DNA from: an uncultured delta proteobacterium
GTDB taxonomy: Bacteria > Desulfobacterota > Syntrophorhabdia > Syntrophorhabdales > WCHB1-27
Direction of reading: 5' to 3'
Assembly: GCA_963717985.1 (NCBI GenBank)
Contig: CAVQYC010000005.1
Span: 265,106 to 329,105, forward strand
Length of the DNA stretch: 64,000 bases
The translations under genes were made by a program, and so were the position numbers. The notes under the pieces are model-generated. The model was not told where the DNA came from and did no database searches. It was given only the letters and a program-made list of their open reading frames with translations. Shown here in pieces: positions 47,832-56,753 of the stretch (positions within the stretch are counted from its first letter, which is position 1; each line of letters starts with the position of its first letter).

Positions 47832-49210
47832 CCAACACGTTTGCACTCCGTTGAGCGGACTTTCCTGAACCAAAATATATAACAGGCAGCGGTCAGGTGT
47901 TCGCGCACGTTTTGCTTAATATCTGCCACGAAAACATTGCGCAGCCCACTCGCAATCATGCTCAGCAGAAAAACAGATATTATCAACGGATTCAGTATGA
48001 CTGAGATGCTTATATCTCCTTTTATAGGATAGTACGCCTTCGGAATCAAAAGCAATGCGAAAAGAATCGAGTAGAGGAGGTCTGCTCCGCTCCTTTCCTT
48101 GGAATTGAGAAATAGCCACATGGGTATGTACAAGTTGAGAAGCCTGTAATCGGCCGTTACAAAGGGGAAAAATATCATACTCAGTGTCAGGATCGCCACT
48201 TTTTTCCATAGTTCTTTCTCTACCAACACTATGTACAGAGCAACAAGTGCAAAAAGCAGCAAGGAGACCCAATAATAGGTTCTGTAAAGCAGCAGTAGGC
48301 GCGGGGCCGATACTTGCGGAGCCCACGCGTAAATCGCTGCCTTAAGCGCTCCGAAGGCGCTCGAGCAAAACGCCGCTCCCCCGTCGCCTATCACGTATAG
48401 AGCGTTGTAAGTATTCCGAGGGTCCCCAGAGCTCTTGATTATTGAAGTAAAGCTTGAAAAGCGAAAAGTGATGCCTTGGAGGCTATTATAAGTCAACCCA
48501 GACAAGACGAGCAGGGTGCCCCCGAAGATGGCTATGTCTTTGTACCTTTTTTCTGATAAGTAAAGAAGGAAAAATATGACGGGGTAGATTTTCAGCGCCG
48601 TTGCTGCGGCGAGGAAGATGGCGCTTATCCATGTCTTATTAGAGCGAAAAAAGTACACAAATAGAGACAACAATATGAAGGCAAAACCTTCGACATTTCC
48701 TCTATCCAGGGTAAAAAGTACGGGATAAGAGAGGAATGACAAAACGAAGAGGCCAAGAATAAGGCTGACCGGGGACATCTTCGGGAAAGATCCCGACAGT
48801 AGATTCTTCAGGTTGTAAAACAGCACATACAGAGCTATCGTTACGGTGTAGACTAGAAAAGACACGTAGGCGTTCTTGAAAGAGATCAGATAAAGGAACC
48901 GCCACACGAAGTATGCCAGTCCTGATGTGCCGACCATGCCTTCACCATGACCGGCTGTTACGTAAGTGAGCGAGTTAAAGTAATCCATGAATCTATCCCC
49001 AGGTTGAAACAGGAAAGTATTGAAGGGATATCCCAGATGCATATACGTGCCCATGAAGTAGTGAAAAAGAGCGGACAAAATGAACCCAGTGAACACGATG
49101 AAGGAAACGATGCTGATCTTGTCCTTTCTCTCCAAAGATATCTTTGCCCATCTCGAAGTTTTCAGGAATGACAGGAAGGCGCTATTTTTACTGAAGAAAG
49201 TTTTGTGCAT
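47828..49210 (-). CDS. Uncharacterised polytopic membrane protein (GT-C or polymerase candidate)
   Basis: 460 aa, about 12 TM segments, with an LKIYPVIFFLLYL segment reminiscent of DUF2029/GT87-type proteins. Family assignment is weak. Confidence 0.45.
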   Translation of the reverse strand: MHKTFFSKNSAFLSFLKTSRWAKISLERKDKISIVSFIVFTGFILSALFHYFMGTYMHLGYPFNTFLFQPGDRFMDYFNSLTYVTAGHGEGMVGTSGLAYFVWRFLYLISFKNAYVSFLVYTVTIALYVLFYNLKNLLSGSFPKMSPVSLILGLFVLSFLSYPVLFTLDRGNVEGFAFILLSLFVYFFRSNKTWISAIFLAAATALKIYPVIFFLLYLSEKRYKDIAIFGGTLLVLSGLTYNSLQGITFRFSSFTSIIKSSGDPRNTYNALYVIGDGGAAFCSSAFGALKAAIYAWAPQVSAPRLLLLYRTYYWVSLLLFALVALYIVLVEKELWKKVAILTLSMIFFPFVTADYRLLNLYIPMWLFLNSKERSGADLLYSILFALLLIPKAYYPIKGDISISVILNPLIISVFLLSMIASGLRNVFVADIKQNVREHLTAACYIFWFRKVRSTECKRVG

Positions 49211-49278
49211 GGCTGATCCTGTTACCTGGGCATGGCTTTATTTGTCCAGAAGCAATAAGGTGGGCCGCAAACCGGTAT

Positions 49279-51747
49279 TCAGTTTATCCGCTCGTACACA
49301 CTCACGAGCTCCCCTTTCGCGATTTTTCTATAGTTGTTTCTTACCCCATCGAATACTTTTTTCAATTCAAGGAGTCTTCCGTATCTTGAAGCCCTCTCAT
49401 TTTTGTCGAAATTACTGATAAATAGTGTATTCCATGGATCGAAGGGCTTGTTGGTGAGATCGATATCCGTATCCACGAAGAGGAATCGCGCGCGGTTCTT
49501 TTCAATGCTATCAACCGCCACCGCAGTATCCTCACGGGAAATCAAAGCCCAAGACAGTTCGAACTGGGGCATGCGGCTGTATTTACGAGCGAGAAATGGC
49601 AGAAGATTATCATACCGTGAGATAATGAAAATCCCGTCATCCGCTTCGCTGTATTTGTCTATGAGCGAGACGGCCTCTGTCAGTGGGGAAGGATTGATTG
49701 TCGTTATCACTTTTGCCCTCGGAAACTGCCAGTGATAGACGCGATGATCGGTGAAGTTATTATAAAACTCTTGTTTACCGGTGTAGTAACTAACGGCTGC
49801 AACTAACATAAGCAGGAAGAAACCGGCGGTAAGAGCCGCTACCCCCATGCGCAGTTTGTCTCTTGCTTCTTCCCTTTCCCTGAGGAGTACTTTATGCGCG
49901 ACGAAGAGCATAAGAAAGAGCTGTACTCCGAGAAAGGGAAGGACCAAAGGAAGATGGTTGAGAAAGCCGGACCAGTAGAAGTAAACGAGCAACCCCTGGC
50001 TGTACATGAAGCTGAACGTATAGAGGTATTTGACAGGTTCTCTGTGAGGCCTCAATAAGAGCATGAATGCATAGGATACGACCAGGTAAAAAAGCGTCAA
50101 TACCACAATCACTCTTTCGGGCTCCCATGAGAAGTAGCCGAGAAGGAAGTAGTGGAAATCGTGAGCCGATTTTCCGGCGGGCAGAAGAAGAAGCAGGGCA
50201 ACGTCCAAGGCAAGCATGGCGACAGTGATTGCAACCGCAGGATAAGTTCCTTTTTTGTAGAAGTTTTCAAGAATGAAAAGGCCTGCGATGAGGACAAAGG
50301 CTGTAGAAAGGATCGCCCCGAACTGAAAGCTGCACAATAGGGCCAGCGTTGAGGCAAGCGCCGCAAGGCCGAGAAAGATCAAGTTCTTCCGCGAAAAAAA
50401 CAGGACCAGCAGAATGAGTACCACTACATCGAACATGTGACCCGAAGGCATTATGCCCGGAGCTAACACGAAGCCTATAAAGCCTGTCCAGAAGAAAGCG
50501 AGGGCATAGACGGCGAAAGATCCGAGCGTGAACAGGCGATCCCCCTTGAACAGCATTCTCAGCATAATGAAGAAGAGCGCTGCGTAGATCAAATAGAATA
50601 CGTAGCACTTGTAGTACCCCTGGAGGGAGAGGTCTCCAGACAGGTCTGTCACCCATTTCATGAGAAACGTGTTCCCAACGCCATACTGAAAGTACGATTG
50701 GTCTAGTGGCCTGCCTAGCGCATATTCATTGAGTGGGTTAAGGATGTGGCCGATATGGTTGATCTGCCCCCTAGTCATGTTCTGATGTTGGTATTCCAAC
50801 ACATTGTTGAGATAGAAGCTCTTTATGTCTTCGATATCGGTGTTCGGATTCCGGATTGTCGAATTATCACCAAGTTTCTCTCCACCCTCGAGCGTAGAAG
50901 GTTCGTTCACCTTGCGATCGAGGTCATGGTATGCCTCGATCGGCCTGAGGTCCTCACTCTTCACGAAGGCAAGGACGACTGATCGGGATTTGATCGTCCT
51001 GTAGTTAATCGCTTTGTATCGATTCCTTAGGTCCTGAAATAAGGTGAAATCATATGCATTCTCGTGAAACCGGCCCAAAAACTCTCTGTTATTAACGTAC
51101 TTGTTTCTGATTAATGTCTCGCCATACAGGTCCTGGTACTCATTCATGAGATAAACCGGACCGAGCATGAGAAAGAAAGGCTCAAGAAGCAGCGCAAAAA
51201 GAATCAGATAGGAGCAGGCTAGCGACATTCGGGACAAGCGCCGGACAAGCGCCAGTTTGTCCGGCTTCCATGATGGAGTCAGAAAGAGTATCAGAGGAAT
51301 TACGAATATGAGGGCATAGACAGTGGGGCGTAATCCTGTAAAGAAAAAAGCGGTAGTGCCGAGACCGGATAAGGAAAGAATAGGTGACGCCACAAGGAGC
51401 AGGTATCCGATGCCATCGCTTTTGTTTCTTACGTAGCTTGTCAGTCTCCCGGTATAGAGGCATAGAGCACAAGCCCCGAGGAACGCAGCAACAATCACAT
51501 AATTGAATAGAGAACTCTCGGAGGGGTGGAAGAAGATATATACCCACGTATTGACATCGAGCTTCCCTATGACGGAGCTCTTCACGAAGGTAACCAGTTC
51601 CCACAGAAGAAGCGCCGCACCCGTCACCGAGAGCATGAGCTGAATGGTCAATAAGATAGTCTTACGTTCCGACAAGTTCCGAAAAGTCTCCTTGGTTATT
51701 CTGCGACTTTTGAGGAAAGGCTTGCCCTGCTGCGTGCGCTTGGGCAA
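49279..51747 (-). CDS. Large uncharacterised polytopic membrane protein (822 aa) in the GtrC position
   Basis: TM bundles occupy residues ~30-210 and ~390-650. They are separated by a ~170-aa hydrophilic insert, and a ~150-aa soluble C-terminus follows. TTG start, so the start is uncertain. No motif recognised. Confidence 0.5.
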   Translation of the reverse strand: MPKRTQQGKPFLKSRRITKETFRNLSERKTILLTIQLMLSVTGAALLLWELVTFVKSSVIGKLDVNTWVYIFFHPSESSLFNYVIVAAFLGACALCLYTGRLTSYVRNKSDGIGYLLLVASPILSLSGLGTTAFFFTGLRPTVYALIFVIPLILFLTPSWKPDKLALVRRLSRMSLACSYLILFALLLEPFFLMLGPVYLMNEYQDLYGETLIRNKYVNNREFLGRFHENAYDFTLFQDLRNRYKAINYRTIKSRSVVLAFVKSEDLRPIEAYHDLDRKVNEPSTLEGGEKLGDNSTIRNPNTDIEDIKSFYLNNVLEYQHQNMTRGQINHIGHILNPLNEYALGRPLDQSYFQYGVGNTFLMKWVTDLSGDLSLQGYYKCYVFYLIYAALFFIMLRMLFKGDRLFTLGSFAVYALAFFWTGFIGFVLAPGIMPSGHMFDVVVLILLVLFFSRKNLIFLGLAALASTLALLCSFQFGAILSTAFVLIAGLFILENFYKKGTYPAVAITVAMLALDVALLLLLPAGKSAHDFHYFLLGYFSWEPERVIVVLTLFYLVVSYAFMLLLRPHREPVKYLYTFSFMYSQGLLVYFYWSGFLNHLPLVLPFLGVQLFLMLFVAHKVLLREREEARDKLRMGVAALTAGFFLLMLVAAVSYYTGKQEFYNNFTDHRVYHWQFPRAKVITTINPSPLTEAVSLIDKYSEADDGIFIISRYDNLLPFLARKYSRMPQFELSWALISREDTAVAVDSIEKNRARFLFVDTDIDLTNKPFDPWNTLFISNFDKNERASRYGRLLELKKVFDGVRNNYRKIAKGELVSVYERIN

Positions 51748-51759
51748 ATTGATTCGGCT

Positions 51760-52212
51760 TCATCTATTCTTAAAGGAGAACTTCGAGTGTCCTACATAAC
51801 TTATGATGACACAGGCGAGGATCACGAGAGCGGCCGCGAACTTTGGAGTGAGCCTGAAGAATTCGACGAAGACAGGCAAAAGCACGAGGCTTAGCAGAAA
51901 AGTGCCGACATAGGTGAGGCAAAATCGAATAAACTCGATTATGAGAGAGGTACCCTCTTTAGTTGACCTGAAAGTAATGTACTTGTGGAAGACATATGCA
52001 TTGATGACCGAAATGATGTTTGAGACGATATTGGCACTCATATACGTGAGGTAACGGGTCTGAAAGACACCGGTAAAAAGCGTGTCAAAGAGAACGAACA
52101 TCAGATATCCGAATAGGGTATTCCACGCCCCGACAGCGACGAACCTCGCCTTCGTTTCATGTCTCTTATAAAGAGACAGATAGTGAGTTGATTCCGTGAT
52201 TGACATCTGCAT
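51760..52212 (-). CDS. gtrA: GtrA-family small membrane protein (polyprenyl-P-sugar translocase-like)
   Basis: 150 aa with 4 TM segments. FVAVGAWNTLFGYLMFVLF is the GtrA-family N-terminal signature. Confidence 0.75.
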   Translation of the reverse strand: MQMSITESTHYLSLYKRHETKARFVAVGAWNTLFGYLMFVLFDTLFTGVFQTRYLTYMSANIVSNIISVINAYVFHKYITFRSTKEGTSLIIEFIRFCLTYVGTFLLSLVLLPVFVEFFRLTPKFAAALVILACVIISYVGHSKFSFKNR

Positions 52213-52285
52213 CCGTCAAGTAGCCTCGAATGGCAATTATTGCTTTCACCTTGACTTTTGTCCTATCTCGAAATGGCAATTCCGA

Positions 52286-53227
52286 TTATGGCTTCTCGAA
52301 GCCTATCTTTTGATTGACAATGAAACTCGGCCTCGCCTTCACTTCCTCGTATATCTGCGCGATATACTGCCCCAATATCCCGAGGATGAAGAAAAGGATT
52401 CCGAACATCAACACGATGAGTGAAACGATTGTGCCATACCCGGCGAAGGGGACACCTTTCAAAATTATCCTGGCCACGGTAAACAGGAGATAGAGGAGCG
52501 ATACTCCCGATACAAATACACCGAAAACTGAGATGGAGCGAATGGGGATGTACGAGAAGGCAAATATGCTGCTCACGGCGAGCTGGACCACGTGAAACGA
52601 ATGGGCATGGGACTGCCCGGAAAACCTCCTGGCGCGCTCGTATTCCACCCCGACGGACTTGAAGCCGGTCCATGCGACCATGCCGCGAATAAAGCGGTTG
52701 CGCTCTTTCATGAAATTGATCGTTTCGTATACCTTTCGGTCAATAAGTCTGAAATCGCTCACGTTCTGTGGAATGAGATCATCGGTCATGACGTTTATTA
52801 TCTTGTAAAAGAGCACCGAGTTGAACCGCCTCAATAACCCCTTGCCCGTCCTCTTCTTTACTATGCCATAGACGTTTTCATACCCTTCTTCCCATCGCTT
52901 GATGAACTCGGTGATGACCTCCGGTCTGTCCTGCAGGTTTGCCGTCATAATAACGGCGGCATCGCCCCTGGCGTGGCTCAGCCCCGCCGTGATGCCCCCA
53001 TCCATCCTAAAATTCCTTGATAACTGGACAATCTTGAAACGTCTGTCCTCTTCGTTGACCTTGAGCATCTTTTCGAATGTGTGGTCTTGGGAGCCGTTTT
53101 CAACCAGGATGACTTCGAAATCATACTTATCGTTCTCATTGAATACAGCCTTGAGCTGCCGGGCCAGCTCGTCTACGTTGCCTTCCTCATTGTATGCTGA
53201 GGCAACTATGCTTATCAGTTTTTTCAC
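52286..53227 (-). CDS. gtrB: GT2 polyprenyl-phosphate glycosyltransferase (GtrB/ArnC-like)
   Basis: SAYNEEGNV, VENGSQDHT, MTANLQDRP and two C-terminal TM helices. Confidence 0.8.
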   Translation of the reverse strand: MKKLISIVASAYNEEGNVDELARQLKAVFNENDKYDFEVILVENGSQDHTFEKMLKVNEEDRRFKIVQLSRNFRMDGGITAGLSHARGDAAVIMTANLQDRPEVITEFIKRWEEGYENVYGIVKKRTGKGLLRRFNSVLFYKIINVMTDDLIPQNVSDFRLIDRKVYETINFMKERNRFIRGMVAWTGFKSVGVEYERARRFSGQSHAHSFHVVQLAVSSIFAFSYIPIRSISVFGVFVSGVSLLYLLFTVARIILKGVPFAGYGTIVSLIVLMFGILFFILGILGQYIAQIYEEVKARPSFIVNQKIGFEKP

Positions 53228-53344
53228 GGCGCATCTCCTTCCGTGAAGCCGGCATCAACGAATTGTCGGTAGATTTTATGAACGTCAAGAAGATCGGCCG
53301 GACACGTGGCATGCCAAAGTGAGGTAGGCCGGGAAGAACTATGA

Positions 53345-54415
53345 TTAACGCAACTGATCTGAAGCGATGTCAAGGGCTTTGCCCGCTTCCTGTTCGGTGA
53401 GGTCGTGTACTCTGTACATTTGATTGTTGTCGCCCATCATCACGAGGGCCAGCCCAATGCCTGTCCGTTTCTTGTCTTTCTTCATGCCTTCGATCACGCT
53501 TGCACGATCGAAGTAGTCGCTCCTCACCTTGACGGCAAGGCTCGGCAGGAGCAGCTCACGCATGATGAACTGATAGAACTCATCGGAAAGAAGGCCCCGT
53601 TCCCGGGCGACTATATTCGCAAGGAGCATGCCCAGAACAACCGCTTGTCCGTGGGGAATCTCGTACCTGGCTGCCGATTCGATGGCGTGTCCGAAGCAGT
53701 GACCGAAATTGAGCATGTTGCGTCTACCTGTATCGAACTCGTCTTCCGTAATAAATCCTTTCTTGATTAAGAGGGAGCTCTGTACGCTTTCAAGGAGAGC
53801 ATCGGGTTCCCTTCCAATGATGGCAGGTAATGCCGCTATGATGCGGTGCATACTATCGGTTCCCCCGATCATGTGGAGCTTCACCACTTCACCGAGACCG
53901 CTGTAAAAGTCGACGTCCTCCTGGGTGAGAAGGAACGGCGTATGGATCAGGACCTGCGAAGGTGGATAGAAGGTGCCTATCAGGTTCTTGAATGCCTTAT
54001 AGTTGAGGGACGTCTTGGCGCCGATGCAGCTATCCGCCTGGGCGAGCAGCGTGGTGGGAATGAAAACCCAGTTTATGCCCCGGTAGAGGGTAGAGGCGGC
54101 AAAACCTGAAATATCCTGCAGAATGCCCCCCCCAATGGAGATAAGCGTCAGATTTCGCTTGGCGCTCCGTTGAACCAGGTAGTCATAAAGCTTTTGAACG
54201 CTCTCCAGGGATTTCAGCTCCTCCTCGATGGGGAGCACGATAACGTCTGAATGGCGCAGGTCCTTGAGCGGCCCCTCGGAATAAAGACGCCATACGTTCT
54301 TATCGATGGCATAGCACCGCTCTCGATATTGTTCGAGTTCCTGTAGAAACTGAAAGGATTCAGGGAAGCTCACCGTGTAGTCGCGGATATTCGATTTGAT
54401 GGTAATCAAAGACAC
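53345..54415 (-). CDS. 3-dehydroquinate synthase-like enzyme (sugar phosphate cyclase superfamily)
   Basis: Nucleotide-binding GGGILQD, metal-binding NFGHCFGHAIE and HGQAVVLGM, arranged collinearly with the AroB motifs GGGVIGD, GHTFGHAxE and HGEAVAxGM. Confidence 0.75.
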   Translation of the reverse strand: MSLITIKSNIRDYTVSFPESFQFLQELEQYRERCYAIDKNVWRLYSEGPLKDLRHSDVIVLPIEEELKSLESVQKLYDYLVQRSAKRNLTLISIGGGILQDISGFAASTLYRGINWVFIPTTLLAQADSCIGAKTSLNYKAFKNLIGTFYPPSQVLIHTPFLLTQEDVDFYSGLGEVVKLHMIGGTDSMHRIIAALPAIIGREPDALLESVQSSLLIKKGFITEDEFDTGRRNMLNFGHCFGHAIESAARYEIPHGQAVVLGMLLANIVARERGLLSDEFYQFIMRELLLPSLAVKVRSDYFDRASVIEGMKKDKKRTGIGLALVMMGDNNQMYRVHDLTEQEAGKALDIASDQLR

Positions 54416-55080
54416 GTAAACCCCCCGTCGACCATGATGATCTGCCCCGTGACGTACGAGTTCCTGTCCGAGGCAAGAAAGGCGGCCACTTCCGCGATTT
54501 CTTCGGGTTCGGCCAGCCGGCCGACAGGGATAGTCCTTTCAATTGCCTCTATTTCTGCCCCGGTATTGTTCCGGCGCGTCAACTCCGTGTTGACGTAACC
54601 CGGTGCGAGTGCGTTTACGAGGACATTGTAAGGGGCCAGCTCAACGGAAAGGGTCCTTGTCATTCCTCCCAGGCCGGCCTTGGCGGTAGAGTACATGAGC
54701 CTTCCCGCCTTGGTGACGACGGCCCAGACAGAGCTGATATTGACGATCCTCCCGTAGCGCCGTTCCATCATTGAGGGCGCAAGGGCCCTAGCGAGGCGAA
54801 GTGGAGCGAGAAGGTCGATCTGTATGGTGTCCTGAATATCAGGGTCGGCTATCTCGGCCAAAGAGGCTATAATGTTGATCCCCGCATTGTTAATGAGAAT
54901 ATCGACAGGCTGTTTCAGCGACCGCACGTAAGCGTCTATGGACGCGCCCGACAAAAGGTCCATTTCCGTGCGGGTTGGCGCTATGATATCGACCCCGTCC
55001 GCGTGCAGCCTCTTACCGATGGCGAGCCCGATGCCCCTCGACCCTCCCGTAACCAGCGCCGTTCGCCTGTCCGTGTTCAT
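54406..55080 (-). CDS. Classical short-chain dehydrogenase/reductase
   Basis: TGGSRGIGLA (TGxxxGIG), NNAG and the catalytic YSTAK (YxxxK). Confidence 0.85.
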   Translation of the reverse strand: MNTDRRTALVTGGSRGIGLAIGKRLHADGVDIIAPTRTEMDLLSGASIDAYVRSLKQPVDILINNAGINIIASLAEIADPDIQDTIQIDLLAPLRLARALAPSMMERRYGRIVNISSVWAVVTKAGRLMYSTAKAGLGGMTRTLSVELAPYNVLVNALAPGYVNTELTRRNNTGAEIEAIERTIPVGRLAEPEEIAEVAAFLASDRNSYVTGQIIMVDGGFTCL

Positions 55081-55099
55081 CGTGCTTTCGTGTCCCTAC

Positions 55100-55897
55100 C
55101 TACGTCCGGGACTGCTCATGGCGAGCTTCGAGCATCGAGATTCTTTTTTCGTCCTCTTCCGCGATGGTTTTGTAGTAACTTCTCTTGTTTTGCAGCCACA
55201 GCAGCTCAAATTCGACGGCCTTTTCTATCCCTTTTTCGGCGCCATCCTTCAGGGCGGCCGGGCAGGAGAAACATATCTTCCTCGTTTCATACCTGTCGAT
55301 CATCACGCCGTCTGAAAGCCGTCTCAGGAAGGGCAGGGCATCCGCCGATATGCCGCCCCCCACAACCACCGTCATCTTTTTTTCCTTGGCTACGGTGAGT
55401 ACGTCCTTTGTAATGGCAAAAATTTTGTCGCTGTCACATGCGCTCCTGCCAAGCCCCATCGACCCCACGAGGTCAACCCTGCCGACCACTATCCCGCCCA
55501 GTTTCTCTATGCCCGGGATTTTTATCATGTTGCCGAAGTTCTGCGCAGTCATTAGTGTTTCGACGTTGATCAGGAATTCAATCTTCTCCTGTTCGTCTTT
55601 CGGGAACACGAGGTCAATTACTTTCAGGTATTTTTGAAGGGCAAAGGGTGTTTCAACCATGGGAGCGACGAGATAATTGACTCCAACGGTGCGGGCATCG
55701 TACATGTCCCGAACAGCTTCGCAGCCACCGATCTTAAGCGTCAGCGCCACCTTCGCCGTCATGCAGATCTCTTTCAGCCGCATAAGCTCTTCGGTTCGTG
55801 TCCCCTCCGCCTCGAATTCGGCTTTCACCCCAACGACCGCGTGGTTGTCTCTTAGTTCTTTGAGCACGTCCACTATCTTGATCTCTATCGCGTTCAT
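55100..55897 (-). CDS. HpcH/HpaI-like TIM-barrel aldolase/lyase family protein (paralogue 1)
   Basis: FEAEG, LVAPMVETPFAL, INVET and GRVDLVGSMG parallel the HpcH/citrate-lyase-beta motifs (xPMVET, IEt, GxxDLS). Family assignment rests on pattern only. Confidence 0.55.
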   Translation of the reverse strand: MNAIEIKIVDVLKELRDNHAVVGVKAEFEAEGTRTEELMRLKEICMTAKVALTLKIGGCEAVRDMYDARTVGVNYLVAPMVETPFALQKYLKVIDLVFPKDEQEKIEFLINVETLMTAQNFGNMIKIPGIEKLGGIVVGRVDLVGSMGLGRSACDSDKIFAITKDVLTVAKEKKMTVVVGGGISADALPFLRRLSDGVMIDRYETRKICFSCPAALKDGAEKGIEKAVEFELLWLQNKRSYYKTIAEEDEKRISMLEARHEQSRT

Positions 55898-55922
55898 GTC
55901 ACACCCCTAATGAGGCTAAGAT

Positions 55923-56723
55923 TCAAGCCTCAATTATCTTCCAGTACTGGTCTTCGATGACCCCGATTCTTTGTCTGTCCAGAGATGCTATCGCGTCGTA
56001 GTAGCTCAGTTTGTTGCGAAGCCACAGGAGCTCGAATGCAAGGGCCTTAAGGATACCCTTTCCCAGGTCAGCCTTTTTACCTTTCGTATAATCGAAGCAA
56101 ATCTTTCGCGTCTCGCACCGATCCAGACGGCCCTCAGGGAGTCGCGAAAAAAACGGCAAAGAATGAGCCGACACACCTCCTCCGATGGTACAACTCAGAC
56201 CTTTTGTCTTCGCCTTTGCGGTTACACCGGCTATCAGCTCATTGATTTCCTCATCATTGATGCACCGCTCGTCCCTTCCCAGGGAAAAACACAAATCGAC
56301 CCGCTCGATTACGATGCCGTCGAGCGACCCTATTTCCGGGACCTCCAGCATCTCGACGAAATTGTCTATAGCAGTTGCAGTCTCCACATTGCAAAGTATT
56401 TCGACATGTTGCTCCCGTTGGTCTTTCGAAAAGAGCTTGCTCACGGCCTGTAGATATTTGCGTAGTGCATAGGCGGATTCGACCATGGGCGCCACGAGAT
56501 AGTTCACCCCTACCACCCTGGCTTCGAGCATATCCCTTATTGATTCGCAGCCGCCTATCTTCAAGGTGAGTCCGAGTTCGGCGGCCATGCAGATCTCTTT
56601 CAGCCGAAGCAGTTCCTCGAGCTTGGTCCCCTCCTGCTCGAACTCGGCACGAATGCTTAATGCCCCATGCTTTTCCTTCAGTTCCCTGAGGACATCCAGC
56701 ATCTTGTACTCTAATGTATTCAC
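55923..56723 (-). CDS. HpcH/HpaI-like TIM-barrel aldolase/lyase family protein (paralogue 2)
   Basis: Collinear with 55100-55897 and about half identical by eye: FEQEG, LVAPMVESAYAL, CNVET, ERVDLCFSLG. Confidence 0.55.
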   Translation of the reverse strand: MNTLEYKMLDVLRELKEKHGALSIRAEFEQEGTKLEELLRLKEICMAAELGLTLKIGGCESIRDMLEARVVGVNYLVAPMVESAYALRKYLQAVSKLFSKDQREQHVEILCNVETATAIDNFVEMLEVPEIGSLDGIVIERVDLCFSLGRDERCINDEEINELIAGVTAKAKTKGLSCTIGGGVSAHSLPFFSRLPEGRLDRCETRKICFDYTKGKKADLGKGILKALAFELLWLRNKLSYYDAIASLDRQRIGVIEDQYWKIIEA

Positions 56724-56753
56724 TCAACCCCCCCCCTTATTAGTGGTAAACGC

